64,000 nucleotides of DNA, taken from Shigella phage SSP1. Below are positions 56,801-64,000 of this stretch, one piece after another. The notes beneath the pieces were generated by a model. It was given only the letters and a program-made list of their open reading frames with translations, had not been told where the DNA came from and did no database searches. The stretch lies in the sequence record KY963424; one strand, given 5' to 3'. The translations under genes were made by a program, and so were the position numbers. How positions within the stretch are numbered: position 1 is the stretch's first letter; every line of letters starts with the position of its first letter.

Positions 56801-57184
56801 TTAGCCTCCTATGAGAATATAAAGCAATTTAAACCTACCACATTTATCTATAAACTAGATAAGTATAATCGTGTACGCCGTGGTGTTATTGCTCAAGATC
56901 TTTATAAAATTGACCCTGAGTACGTAAAACTGGTTCCTGGTTCCCCTATCATAGAAACTCCAGAACATCATTGCTGTGACGAAAAAACTGAGAACGTAGA
57001 AAGTAAGATCATTGACTATGAGGATGATACTTTAGCTCTGGATATTAACCCGATCGCTATTGATACGGCATTAGCAGTTCGTTACTTGTCTCTAAAGTTC
57101 GAAGAGTCCCAGGAAGAACTGAAGTCCGTTAAGGCAGAACTGGCAGAGTTAAAAGCTCTAGTAGCCACTCTGGTAAATAAGTAA
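53834..57184 (+). CDS. L-shaped tail fibre protein A with C-terminal intramolecular chaperone (S74-like) domain
   Basis: 1116 aa; Ala/Glu/Ser-rich N-terminal coiled region; GGTGATT repeats; C-terminal DRDIKRDINYDDGLASYENIKQFKPTTFIYKLD...GVIAQDL chaperone domain. Confidence 0.8.
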   Translation: MALKTKIIVQQILNIDDTTTTASKYPKYTVVLGNSISSITAGELTSAVEASAASAAAAKGSEIAAKDSENKAKDSEIMAGIYADSSQTSATQSAASAAESEKQARLSQKSADASATSAEESKGFRDSAELAAQNAENSRRLAEQAKSAAQAAQTAAETAKTGAETAKAGADAAATTAGEHAAAAKQSELNAKTSETNAASSATEAGDKAIDATTEADRAKAEADRATQIVDSKLDKVDISGFIKVYKTKAEADADVGSRVLGEKILVWNQTDSKYGWYKVTGTAEAPVLELAEIEQKLVSINNVRADDAGNVQITLPGGNPSLWLGEVTWFPYDKDSGVGYPGVLPADGREVLRVDYPDTWEAIEAGLIPSVSEAEWQAGAILYFSTGDGSTTFRLPDMMQGQAFRAPTKGEENAGAIKEQIPYITTVNGISPADDTGAIKLPYVAMVNGTIIPDENGNLALGNVVTKNVWNGTDGEVLLRGAFGLGGAGIALNEPDIVSFFKAMRAFGSGYYRNDTGFDGLPAYAAGFYSRVADTNSFICPSYGSASVFVAAINDAGLDSENPIVHTNILYGTVNKPDLNGDTNGVLSVGKGGTGATTVSAAKKALEVGGVFCNDSPADAAFNSLQSPAGIHEFRLTNEGLWGVWKKGEETVAALPIGSGGTGATDKVAARDNFELGYHNTPRFTGVDLSNPESIPYSGILNLNRLKESDQNVITQGRIYHEMQSDLAKITLHINNTLNGANRYIQFVENGDLTGLQNVHAVNYLASGYVTAQGWIKGGEKIYIQQTGGGNREISMAVPTPNNDPGAGSWVNLLQGNWYNGYWQVGGIRGSGPDLDCLRIGVNNSGTDWKEFNFYNSYGGHITAPKGFRGQCTQGYWGLEWDYMGAPFHAESVANNDGGWSPIVSGGSLSAGGYHLRIGLGCISNGNAAWPDAALKLNGDGQFHRSFNFRTNGSVYTWGNDPWGGNYDFAMNPSSDRDIKRDINYDDGLASYENIKQFKPTTFIYKLDKYNRVRRGVIAQDLYKIDPEYVKLVPGSPIIETPEHHCCDEKTENVESKIIDYEDDTLALDINPIAIDTALAVRYLSLKFEESQEELKSVKAELAELKALVATLVNK

Positions 57185-57190
57185 GAGTAT

Positions 57191-57209
57191 AGGGGAGTAA
57201 TTCTCCCCT
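57191..57209 (+). other. intergenic hairpin between fibre genes
   Basis: Stem AGGGGAG/CTCCCCT with 5-nt loop. Confidence 0.5.
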
Positions 57210-57227
57210 ATTTACTAAGGAAATACT

Positions 57228-59315
57228 ATGTCACGTAATTTAATGCCTAAATCTGGCGCAATGGCGCCTTACGTAGTAGTTAACAGAGACGCTGCAGTTG
57301 CTGGTGTTTTCTCTGTCGATGGAGAGGCTGGTGCTGTTGTACTAACTTCCAAATATCTACAAATTACAAAATATACTACTGATAAAGCTGCTACTGATGC
57401 ATCTATTAATAGTATTAATGAATCAATTGGTAATATTAATACTGCATTAGGTGGTATTAATACTACTTTAGGTACTAAAGCTGCTAAAGGTGCTAATAAC
57501 GATATTACAGAATTAAATGCACTGACTAAAGCTATTACTATTGCTCAGGGTGGTACTGGTGCTACTACGTTAGAGGGTGCTAAGAAGGCCTTACAAGTTG
57601 AGCGCCTTCGCCAACAGAGTAATGGAACTTTTATTGTATCTCCTAATGAGAAATATTCTTTATTTATATATGATAGTGGAGATTTTGGTCTACTTGATAA
57701 TTCTACCGCAGCAGTACAAGCATTAAAAGTTGCATTTGGTGGTACTGGAGGAACTACTCCAAAAGCAGCAAGAAAAAATCTTAATGTTCCGGTTGGCGCC
57801 TCGGCTGAAAAAATTGCTGATGGGGAAGATGTTCTAAACTATATTGCGGTTGCAGGTCAAAGTGGATACTATTCATCTGGTGAATTAATAGTTAATGGGC
57901 CTCCTAAGCAAGAAGGTTGGTGGGCCTATAACTTCCACTGTCATGGTGTGGATATTAACGGAGCTGCTCAGTATGGTACACTAAAAGCTACAGGAGCACT
58001 TGGAAGTACTTGGATCAATATTCTAGATGGTACAGACAACTGGAGAGGATGGAAAGAGCAATTTAATACCCAGTCTATCATACAGTTTTCAAATGGGGGT
58101 ACTGGTGCTACTTCTAAAGATGGTGCAAGAACTAACCTGGATATTGACAGATTCAAACAAAGTGCTACTGAGACTATGGTATATGCTCCCGGAAGTGGAT
58201 TTAGAATCACTGCTAGGCCTAATGGGGAATGGGGTACATGGAGAGATGATACCGGTACTTGGGTTCCTTTGGCTATTACAGCCGGGGGTACAGGAGCTAA
58301 TTCTGCCGACCAAGCTAGAAAAAATCTAGAGTTAACAGAGTGGAACCTCTTATCCTCTATGGATGGTAAATACCCTAATGGGTTTAATTTTGACACTCTT
58401 GCTGTAAATAGTAAGTTTACTGTTCCACCTACTGGAGGAAATATTGTTGGTACCCGACCATACCAACAAATAAACGGGTTGGAAGACGCTTGGTTTTTCC
58501 TAGAGACTCTAGTACACCCAGATCCTAACTATAGAATGCAAAGAGCCACCACGTTTACAGGAACTTGGAAAGGTTCAGTAAGCGTACGTATTATGGAGAA
58601 TGGTACTTGGGGTGTATGGCAACAAGCTCATGGGGCTTTGGGGCAATTAGTTAATGCAATCTCTAACCGAGGTGCCATTAGAGTACAGGGGGCTGCAAGT
58701 GGGGAATCTGGGTCACTAATAAGTGGTGCTATTACTGGTGGTTCATTTACTGATTGGAGATCAAGACCTACAGGAGTACTAGTAGAACATACTGGATTGG
58801 ATTCTGCATCTTCTGTATTTAAAAGCGTAATGTGGGGTGTAGACTGGTTAGCCGGTATGGATGTAGTAGGCTGGAGTGCCGGCGGTGCACAGTTAAACAT
58901 GTATTGCAGGGGGGCTGAGTTTCGTTTTGATAGCGCTGGTAATGCTGTTGGTGGTAACTGGGTAAGCAGTTCTGATATTCGCATGAAAGCCAATCTTAAG
59001 GAAATTGAGAATGCTCGTGATAAGGTTAAGTCTCTAGTAGGCTATACATACTACAAGAGAAATACTCTAGCAGAAGAAAGAGATACCGTGTACAGTACTG
59101 AGGCTGGTGTTATCGCTCAAGATGTGCAATCTGTTCTCCCAGAAGCAGTGTACAAGATTGAGCCACAAAAAGAAGACAGTATGCTTGGTGTCTCCCATGC
59201 AGGTGTCAATGCTCTTCTAGTTAATGCTTTTAATGAACTTAACGAAGTTGTTGAAAAGCAGCAACAAGAGATTGATGAGCTTAAGAAACTGGTAAAACAG
59301 TTACTTGATAAATAA
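57228..59315 (+). CDS. second tail fibre protein (LtfB-like) with C-terminal intramolecular chaperone domain
   Basis: 695 aa; four GGTG(A/G)(T/N) repeats; C-terminal SSSDIRMKANLKEIENARDKVKSLVGYTYY...GVIAQDVQ chaperone domain. Confidence 0.75.
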   Translation: MSRNLMPKSGAMAPYVVVNRDAAVAGVFSVDGEAGAVVLTSKYLQITKYTTDKAATDASINSINESIGNINTALGGINTTLGTKAAKGANNDITELNALTKAITIAQGGTGATTLEGAKKALQVERLRQQSNGTFIVSPNEKYSLFIYDSGDFGLLDNSTAAVQALKVAFGGTGGTTPKAARKNLNVPVGASAEKIADGEDVLNYIAVAGQSGYYSSGELIVNGPPKQEGWWAYNFHCHGVDINGAAQYGTLKATGALGSTWINILDGTDNWRGWKEQFNTQSIIQFSNGGTGATSKDGARTNLDIDRFKQSATETMVYAPGSGFRITARPNGEWGTWRDDTGTWVPLAITAGGTGANSADQARKNLELTEWNLLSSMDGKYPNGFNFDTLAVNSKFTVPPTGGNIVGTRPYQQINGLEDAWFFLETLVHPDPNYRMQRATTFTGTWKGSVSVRIMENGTWGVWQQAHGALGQLVNAISNRGAIRVQGAASGESGSLISGAITGGSFTDWRSRPTGVLVEHTGLDSASSVFKSVMWGVDWLAGMDVVGWSAGGAQLNMYCRGAEFRFDSAGNAVGGNWVSSSDIRMKANLKEIENARDKVKSLVGYTYYKRNTLAEERDTVYSTEAGVIAQDVQSVLPEAVYKIEPQKEDSMLGVSHAGVNALLVNAFNELNEVVEKQQQEIDELKKLVKQLLDK

Positions 59316-59320
59316 AAGAA

Positions 59321-59349
59321 AACCCCAGTGGATTGCCCACTGGGGTTTA
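59321..59349. terminator. bidirectional intrinsic terminator between convergent genes
   Basis: 12-bp stem AAACCCCAGTGG/CCACTGGGGTTT, A-run upstream and T-run downstream. Confidence 0.85.
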
Positions 59350-59352
59350 TTA

Positions 59353-59619
59353 TTACCTGCTACCAGCAATAATACCTAAATTAAACACTGCTAACATAGC
59401 TCGAAGAGTAGGATCTTCTGAATTACTACATAGTTCGATAAAAGCCTCCTCATCCCAATGGATTACATTGCCTTCACGATCTACTTTGAGAACTACGTTA
59501 TTCATGTCTGGTTCTGCTACCATAACATGATGATATGTAGCGGGATGTTCAAATGATCCTACCATATTAGGATCAACAAAATTATTTACTTCCTGAACTT
59601 CCAAATCCACCTTCTCCAC
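59353..59619 (-). CDS. hypothetical protein
   Basis: 88-aa ORF downstream of dUTPase on minus strand. Confidence 0.5.
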   Translation of the reverse strand: MEKVDLEVQEVNNFVDPNMVGSFEHPATYHHVMVAEPDMNNVVLKVDREGNVIHWDEEAFIELCSNSEDPTLRAMLAVFNLGIIAGSR

Positions 59620-60028
59620 GATTAGTCTCCTCTAGTTCGTCAACGATTTTAAAATTATGGGTTGAGTAGTGTGGTACTATCACCAACTGACAAAGTCTTT
59701 CGAAATTTTCTAATGTTTGTATTTCAGAACCGTAGTTAAATAGATTCATCTTAATAGTTCCACGATAGTCTGAGTCAATCACTCCTGCGGTGTTTGCGAT
59801 CATCAGATGACGCTTACCTAAAGAGCTGCGAGGAACTACCAAACCGAACCAACCTCGCGGAATTTCCACCGCGACACCGGTGTCAATCATTAAGGATTTG
59901 CCTGGTGCAATAGCACGTAAATCTGCGGCAGGGTTAGTACCAAAGAACGCTCGTAAATCCATACCTGCGGCATCTTCGGAACCAATCTTAGGCATACAAT
60001 CTGGATGAGTTAATTTAATTTTAATCAT
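59582..60028 (-). CDS. dut: dUTPase
   Basis: 148 aa; conserved dUTPase motifs AGMDLRA, GLVVPRSSLG, IDSDYRG, RGEGGFGSSG. Confidence 0.9.
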   Translation of the reverse strand: MIKIKLTHPDCMPKIGSEDAAGMDLRAFFGTNPAADLRAIAPGKSLMIDTGVAVEIPRGWFGLVVPRSSLGKRHLMIANTAGVIDSDYRGTIKMNLFNYGSEIQTLENFERLCQLVIVPHYSTHNFKIVDELEETNRGEGGFGSSGSK

Positions 60029-60900
60029 TGTTCTGCAATCTCCAAAATATCTTTTGTAAACTTATCTAATACATCTTGACCTACAGCAGCAATAGCATCT
60101 ACACAGTAGGTAGGTAAATCAACCAGAATTAAGTTTCGGTAAAGCAATTCTTCCGAAGCATTTAAATTCTGTATATATTTCTGTTTTCCAGGTAGTGGAA
60201 GCTGATCAATAATATCCAGAACGTTACCAAATTCACGAATAATATTATACCCGCGTTTTGCCCCAATACCTTCAACACCACGGATATTATCCCCTAAATC
60301 ACCCATAATTGCTTTCAGAGAGATAAACTGCTCTACATCGTCAACATTATGATGCTCATACATATCACGAAGATGGTATTCGCGACGTGTTGTAAAAGAG
60401 AAGCGAGAAACTTTATCAGTTAATAAAGTATCCCAGTCACCATCAGTAGAAATCAACCAAACGTGATCATACAGATGTCCAATGAGTTTAACGATATAAG
60501 CCGCCATATCATCTGCTTCTACACCACGAATAGTGAATGTTGGGAATGTAGTTTCACATAGTTCGAAAGCATCTTTCAAATACTCGAAGAACTGCTCATC
60601 TAACGCTTTCTCCTCTTCCGTACGCTGCGAGTATTTCTCATCTCGATTCCCTTTATACTCAGGGAGATGCTCTAAGCGGAATGCAGACTTCCCTTTATCT
60701 CCTAAAACTATTGTAGTTCTAGCGGAATAAGATTTTGCTAGAGACTGAATAGTGGAAACATAACTTGAGGCAAATGGTTTTTTACTGTTATTATGCTTGA
60801 AGCGAAAGCCTAAGTTAGTTCCATCAACAATCATTAGGTTACGACGGGAAGCCATTTCAGCTTCCTCTTCTTCAATAAATTTTCCCCAGGATTTACTCAT
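60025..60900 (-). CDS. D15: flap endonuclease / 5-prime-3-prime exonuclease
   Basis: 291 aa; N-terminus MSKSWGKFIEEEEAEMASRRNLMIVDGTNLGFRF matches recalled T5 D15 exonuclease. Confidence 0.9.
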   Translation of the reverse strand: MSKSWGKFIEEEEAEMASRRNLMIVDGTNLGFRFKHNNSKKPFASSYVSTIQSLAKSYSARTTIVLGDKGKSAFRLEHLPEYKGNRDEKYSQRTEEEKALDEQFFEYLKDAFELCETTFPTFTIRGVEADDMAAYIVKLIGHLYDHVWLISTDGDWDTLLTDKVSRFSFTTRREYHLRDMYEHHNVDDVEQFISLKAIMGDLGDNIRGVEGIGAKRGYNIIREFGNVLDIIDQLPLPGKQKYIQNLNASEELLYRNLILVDLPTYCVDAIAAVGQDVLDKFTKDILEIAEQ

Positions 60901-61382
60901 TATTTAATTAAGTCCTCAACAGATGCATGATGTAGCCACGGCTCAAATAAACCAATTACGATTTCCATGTCTTTCTTATTTAACACCATATGGGTACGAC
61001 TCATTAAGTTGTCAACCATCGGGTCTGAGCTATCCAAAGCTATTAACCACTGTCCTCTGTCTTTCTTGAATATTAATGCAGGTTTGGAGTTCATCTGCTC
61101 ACCTTCACGTGAGCACTGCTGCCACCACTTCTCTAGAGTGGATTCACCAACATTAAATAAATTACTTGATATATTATCATCTTTATACCACTTAACTTCG
61201 AAGCAGTATTTACTAATGTGTCCGCTTTGTGGTGGAAGGTAGATGTCACCCTTCAATCCGTGGCTCTGGCCAAAAGCACCAGAACCAGGAACACGTTCCC
61301 ACTCAAGACCTGTACGTTCACGTAAAATATCTCTTACCTGATATTCACCACGTTTACCCTTCTCTCTACTATCTACAGCCAT
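60900..61382 (-). CDS. D14: D14-like protein (function unknown)
   Basis: 160-aa ORF between flap endonuclease and SbcC-like genes. Confidence 0.55.
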   Translation of the reverse strand: MAVDSREKGKRGEYQVRDILRERTGLEWERVPGSGAFGQSHGLKGDIYLPPQSGHISKYCFEVKWYKDDNISSNLFNVGESTLEKWWQQCSREGEQMNSKPALIFKKDRGQWLIALDSSDPMVDNLMSRTHMVLNKKDMEIVIGLFEPWLHHASVEDLIK

Positions 61383-61385
61383 GTT

Positions 61386-63224
61386 TTATTCTAAGTAGGA
61401 AAATCCTTCTGCATCTTTTTTGACAGTAATCTTATGGGCCAATGGATGCGTATGCCCATGAGAAACAATGATAGAATTTAGACTTTCTTCCTCATTTAAT
61501 AATTCAACAAGGGTGTCAAGTCCTTTAGTATCAATAAAGCTAATTACTTCATCAAGGAATAGAAGATTAATATTAACTTTACTAATAGATGTTAGTAGCA
61601 TTCGAATAGCTAACAGAGTTGCTAGGTTGATTCTACTTTGCTGACCAGTAGAGCAGTTCTCCATACTGGTACGGTTTCCATCATTGAAGATTACTACTTG
61701 TAATTTCGTTTCATCAAGCTCAAATCCAAGTGCGAACTTACCGCCAGTCATAATAGAAAGGTATTTATTGATAAGCTCTTCAAATACTTTCACACTATGC
61801 TCTAGTTTATACCCTACCAGATTTTTCAATGCGGCGATCAGAATATCGAGATCAGCAACAGCTTCTGATACTCCATCTAGTTTGGAAGTAATCTCAGACA
61901 TTTCTGCCTCAGCTTTCTCAATCTGTTCTAGTTTCGCTCTATATTTTGCATTGGCTAATTCAACATTTGCATTATGCTCTTTGGCAATTGCAACCTTAGA
62001 ACGTCCGTCAGCGATTTCCTGTTCTAGTTGTCGGATTTGCACCTGTAGGTTTTGCACATTGAGTTCTTCAAAAGAGGCATCACTCATTGAATTTTTGAAC
62101 TCGTCTCTAGCTGCTACTGCTTTATCCAAAGCATCCTTTGCTCTGATATACGTAGTGTACTCAAGTTGTTCTTTCTTCAGCTGTTCTAGCTTGGTTTCAA
62201 GAGATTGCTTCTCTTTGAACAGAGGATCATATTCTGTTCTAGCCATATCCATTGCTTTTTGAGCAGCAGTTATATCCAGATGAGTACCACAAGTAGGACA
62301 TTCAGTATTTGAAGCCTCTTGCTTGAACTTCTGATAACGTTTCTTGACTTCGCCCGCACGTGAGGTCACAATTGTTAGGTCACGCGTAACACTCGAGATC
62401 TCTTCATTTTGGTCGGTGGGCGCAGGTAAATTTTTGAAAGGCTCGAAAGATTGTTCGGCAACTTGTACAGCTTTGTCCAAATTACGCAATTTAGTAATAT
62501 TAGCCTCTTGAGACTTGGCTAATGCCGCCTTAATTTTCGATTCAGTAAGTTCTTGTGCTAAGGGTTCTTCGTCAAACTCAGGCACTTCGACTGGTTCCTG
62601 CAAAGTTCCCAGATTATTCTTTCCATTAAGGATTTTCGTAATTACAGCCATTTGGCCCTGCAAATTATTCAAGGTATTTGCTATTTCTTTACGGTCGGCC
62701 TTAATAGTTTCTGACATTTCTTTGTACTGTTCTTGATTGAACAAGTTAACAAGAAAAGCCTTACGTGTTGCATCTGTTGCTTTTAGAAAATCTAGGTTGG
62801 AACCCACTGATTGATAAATTAGTTTGGTGAATGTTTGGAAGTCACCACCCATAATCTCTTCAATCATCTTGTATGTTTGAGTTGCCGTGTGGCCACTAAT
62901 ATCTTCTCCATTCTTAATAAGAGTTACTTTAGCAGTTGATTTAACTACTTTATGCAATTCATACTCATCTTCATCTTTTGAGAAGTAAGCGTGCATATCA
63001 TACTCTTTTTTCGGAGAAGACCAGGAGAACAGAGCATCCTTCTTAATACCACGTGAGTTCTTATTATAAAATAGTTCTTCAATAACAGTAGCAATAGTGG
63101 ATTTTCCTAACCCATTGCCACCAATTAGTTGGGTAACTGGATTCTTATCGAAATGAATTACGATGTCCTTACCGTAAGACATAACGTTACTAAATTTTAG
63201 TGTCTTAATTGTAATCTTTGACAT
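61386..63224 (-). CDS. D13: SbcC/Rad50-like recombination ATPase
   Basis: Walker A GGNGLGKST, long coiled-coil middle, CxxC zinc hook (CPTCG), C-terminal signature/Walker B LLFLDEV; start set at internal Met. Confidence 0.85.
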   Translation of the reverse strand: MSKITIKTLKFSNVMSYGKDIVIHFDKNPVTQLIGGNGLGKSTIATVIEELFYNKNSRGIKKDALFSWSSPKKEYDMHAYFSKDEDEYELHKVVKSTAKVTLIKNGEDISGHTATQTYKMIEEIMGGDFQTFTKLIYQSVGSNLDFLKATDATRKAFLVNLFNQEQYKEMSETIKADRKEIANTLNNLQGQMAVITKILNGKNNLGTLQEPVEVPEFDEEPLAQELTESKIKAALAKSQEANITKLRNLDKAVQVAEQSFEPFKNLPAPTDQNEEISSVTRDLTIVTSRAGEVKKRYQKFKQEASNTECPTCGTHLDITAAQKAMDMARTEYDPLFKEKQSLETKLEQLKKEQLEYTTYIRAKDALDKAVAARDEFKNSMSDASFEELNVQNLQVQIRQLEQEIADGRSKVAIAKEHNANVELANAKYRAKLEQIEKAEAEMSEITSKLDGVSEAVADLDILIAALKNLVGYKLEHSVKVFEELINKYLSIMTGGKFALGFELDETKLQVVIFNDGNRTSMENCSTGQQSRINLATLLAIRMLLTSISKVNINLLFLDEVISFIDTKGLDTLVELLNEEESLNSIIVSHGHTHPLAHKITVKKDAEGFSYLE

Positions 63225-64000
63225 ATTTCGCAGCTCTAGCCAAGATTCTATCAATGTCACCTTGAGATAGCTTCTCAACTTCACGGAAGTAAAGTTCAAG
63301 TTCACCTAACATATCAAGATCAACAAGATTTAACTTAGCGTCTTTAGTAACTCGATGATTAATCTTCTTATCTAATAAATCAGAGTCTTTGATAGACTTT
63401 AATTGAACAACGTCACCAGTAACTTCATAGACTACACGATCATAATCACTAGGTTCCATCTCTTCACCAGCTCCGATTGTTTTACGAATCAGTTGTGGTA
63501 AATCACCGAGTTCAATCCATTCTACTTTTAATGTATCGGTATCAATGATAAAGCAACCATTTGTACCTTTTGTGCGTTCTCTATGGAACGATGTAGTTAA
63601 TGGAGACCCTGGGTAGAGGAGTCTAGTAGATCCGATAGTCTGGCTATTAGTATAAGAATGTAAATCGCCAGCAATTACAGTATCATAACAGTTGTACTTA
63701 GTTAGATCAATTTCTGGTTTTACATGTGGAGGGATTTCACCACGAACATGCGTGAAACATAGTTTTGATTCAGATGGTTTCCACTTAGACTTATGGATCT
63801 CATCATACGGAACAATATCAAATTCAGGGGAACGATATGGTTTGGTAATTACTTCCCACTTCCCACTCGTTACTTTATTAATAACTCCCGCATAATGATA
63901 TAGGCATGAAATAGTTTTAGTTAACATTTCATGATTTCCAGTAAAGATTTTGCCCGGATGGTCAAGTCTTGACATGAACTGTTCAAGCAGTTCTATTTCT
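63205..64000 (-). CDS. D12: SbcD/Mre11-like nuclease, 5-prime truncated by window end
   Basis: Phosphoesterase motifs GNHE, GDLHS, HGH; reading frame open to window edge so true start lies beyond 64000. Confidence 0.8.
   Translation of the reverse strand, partial: EIELLEQFMSRLDHPGKIFTGNHEMLTKTISCLYHYAGVINKVTSGKWEVITKPYRSPEFDIVPYDEIHKSKWKPSESKLCFTHVRGEIPPHVKPEIDLTKYNCYDTVIAGDLHSYTNSQTIGSTRLLYPGSPLTTSFHRERTKGTNGCFIIDTDTLKVEWIELGDLPQLIRKTIGAGEEMEPSDYDRVVYEVTGDVVQLKSIKDSDLLDKKINHRVTKDAKLNLVDLDMLGELELYFREVEKLSQGDIDRILARAAKYVKDYN

Overview
The window reads as one contiguous piece of a T5-like siphophage genome (Tequintavirus-type), in the opposite orientation to the usual T5 map. Family assignment rests on recalled T5 protein sequences, sizes and gene order; no database search was possible. 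Layout: (1) 1-18.9 kb, early-region genes on the + strand: tRNAs, a GrcA-like glycyl-radical protein, HNH endonuclease, candidate spanin pair, dNMP kinase, ClpP-like protease, holin and endolysin, thioredoxin-like protein, two metallophosphatases and many small ORFs, driven by T5-type sigma70 promoters with exact 17-bp spacers. (2) 19.0-30.3 kb, a GC-richer block that looks like the pre-early (first-step-transfer / terminal-repeat) region: about 1.5 kb of repeat-rich non-coding DNA, then an opposite-strand gene cassette bracketed by about 135-bp inverted repeats carrying DnaA boxes and LexA-box-like palindromes, then an HNH gene, A1, an A2-like gene and dmp. (3) 30.0-31.2 kb, an Llp-like lipoprotein with four coupled small membrane proteins, divergent from the receptor-binding protein. 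(4) 31.2-59.3 kb, a complete morphogenesis module from terminase to a two-gene L-shaped tail fibre locus. (5) 59.3-64.0 kb, minus-strand dUTPase, flap endonuclease, D14, and SbcC/SbcD-like proteins, the last truncated by the window edge. The most unusual structure is the inverted-repeat-bracketed cassette at 20.2-23.7 kb; its proteins have no motifs I can recognise, so any function assigned to it is hypothesis only.
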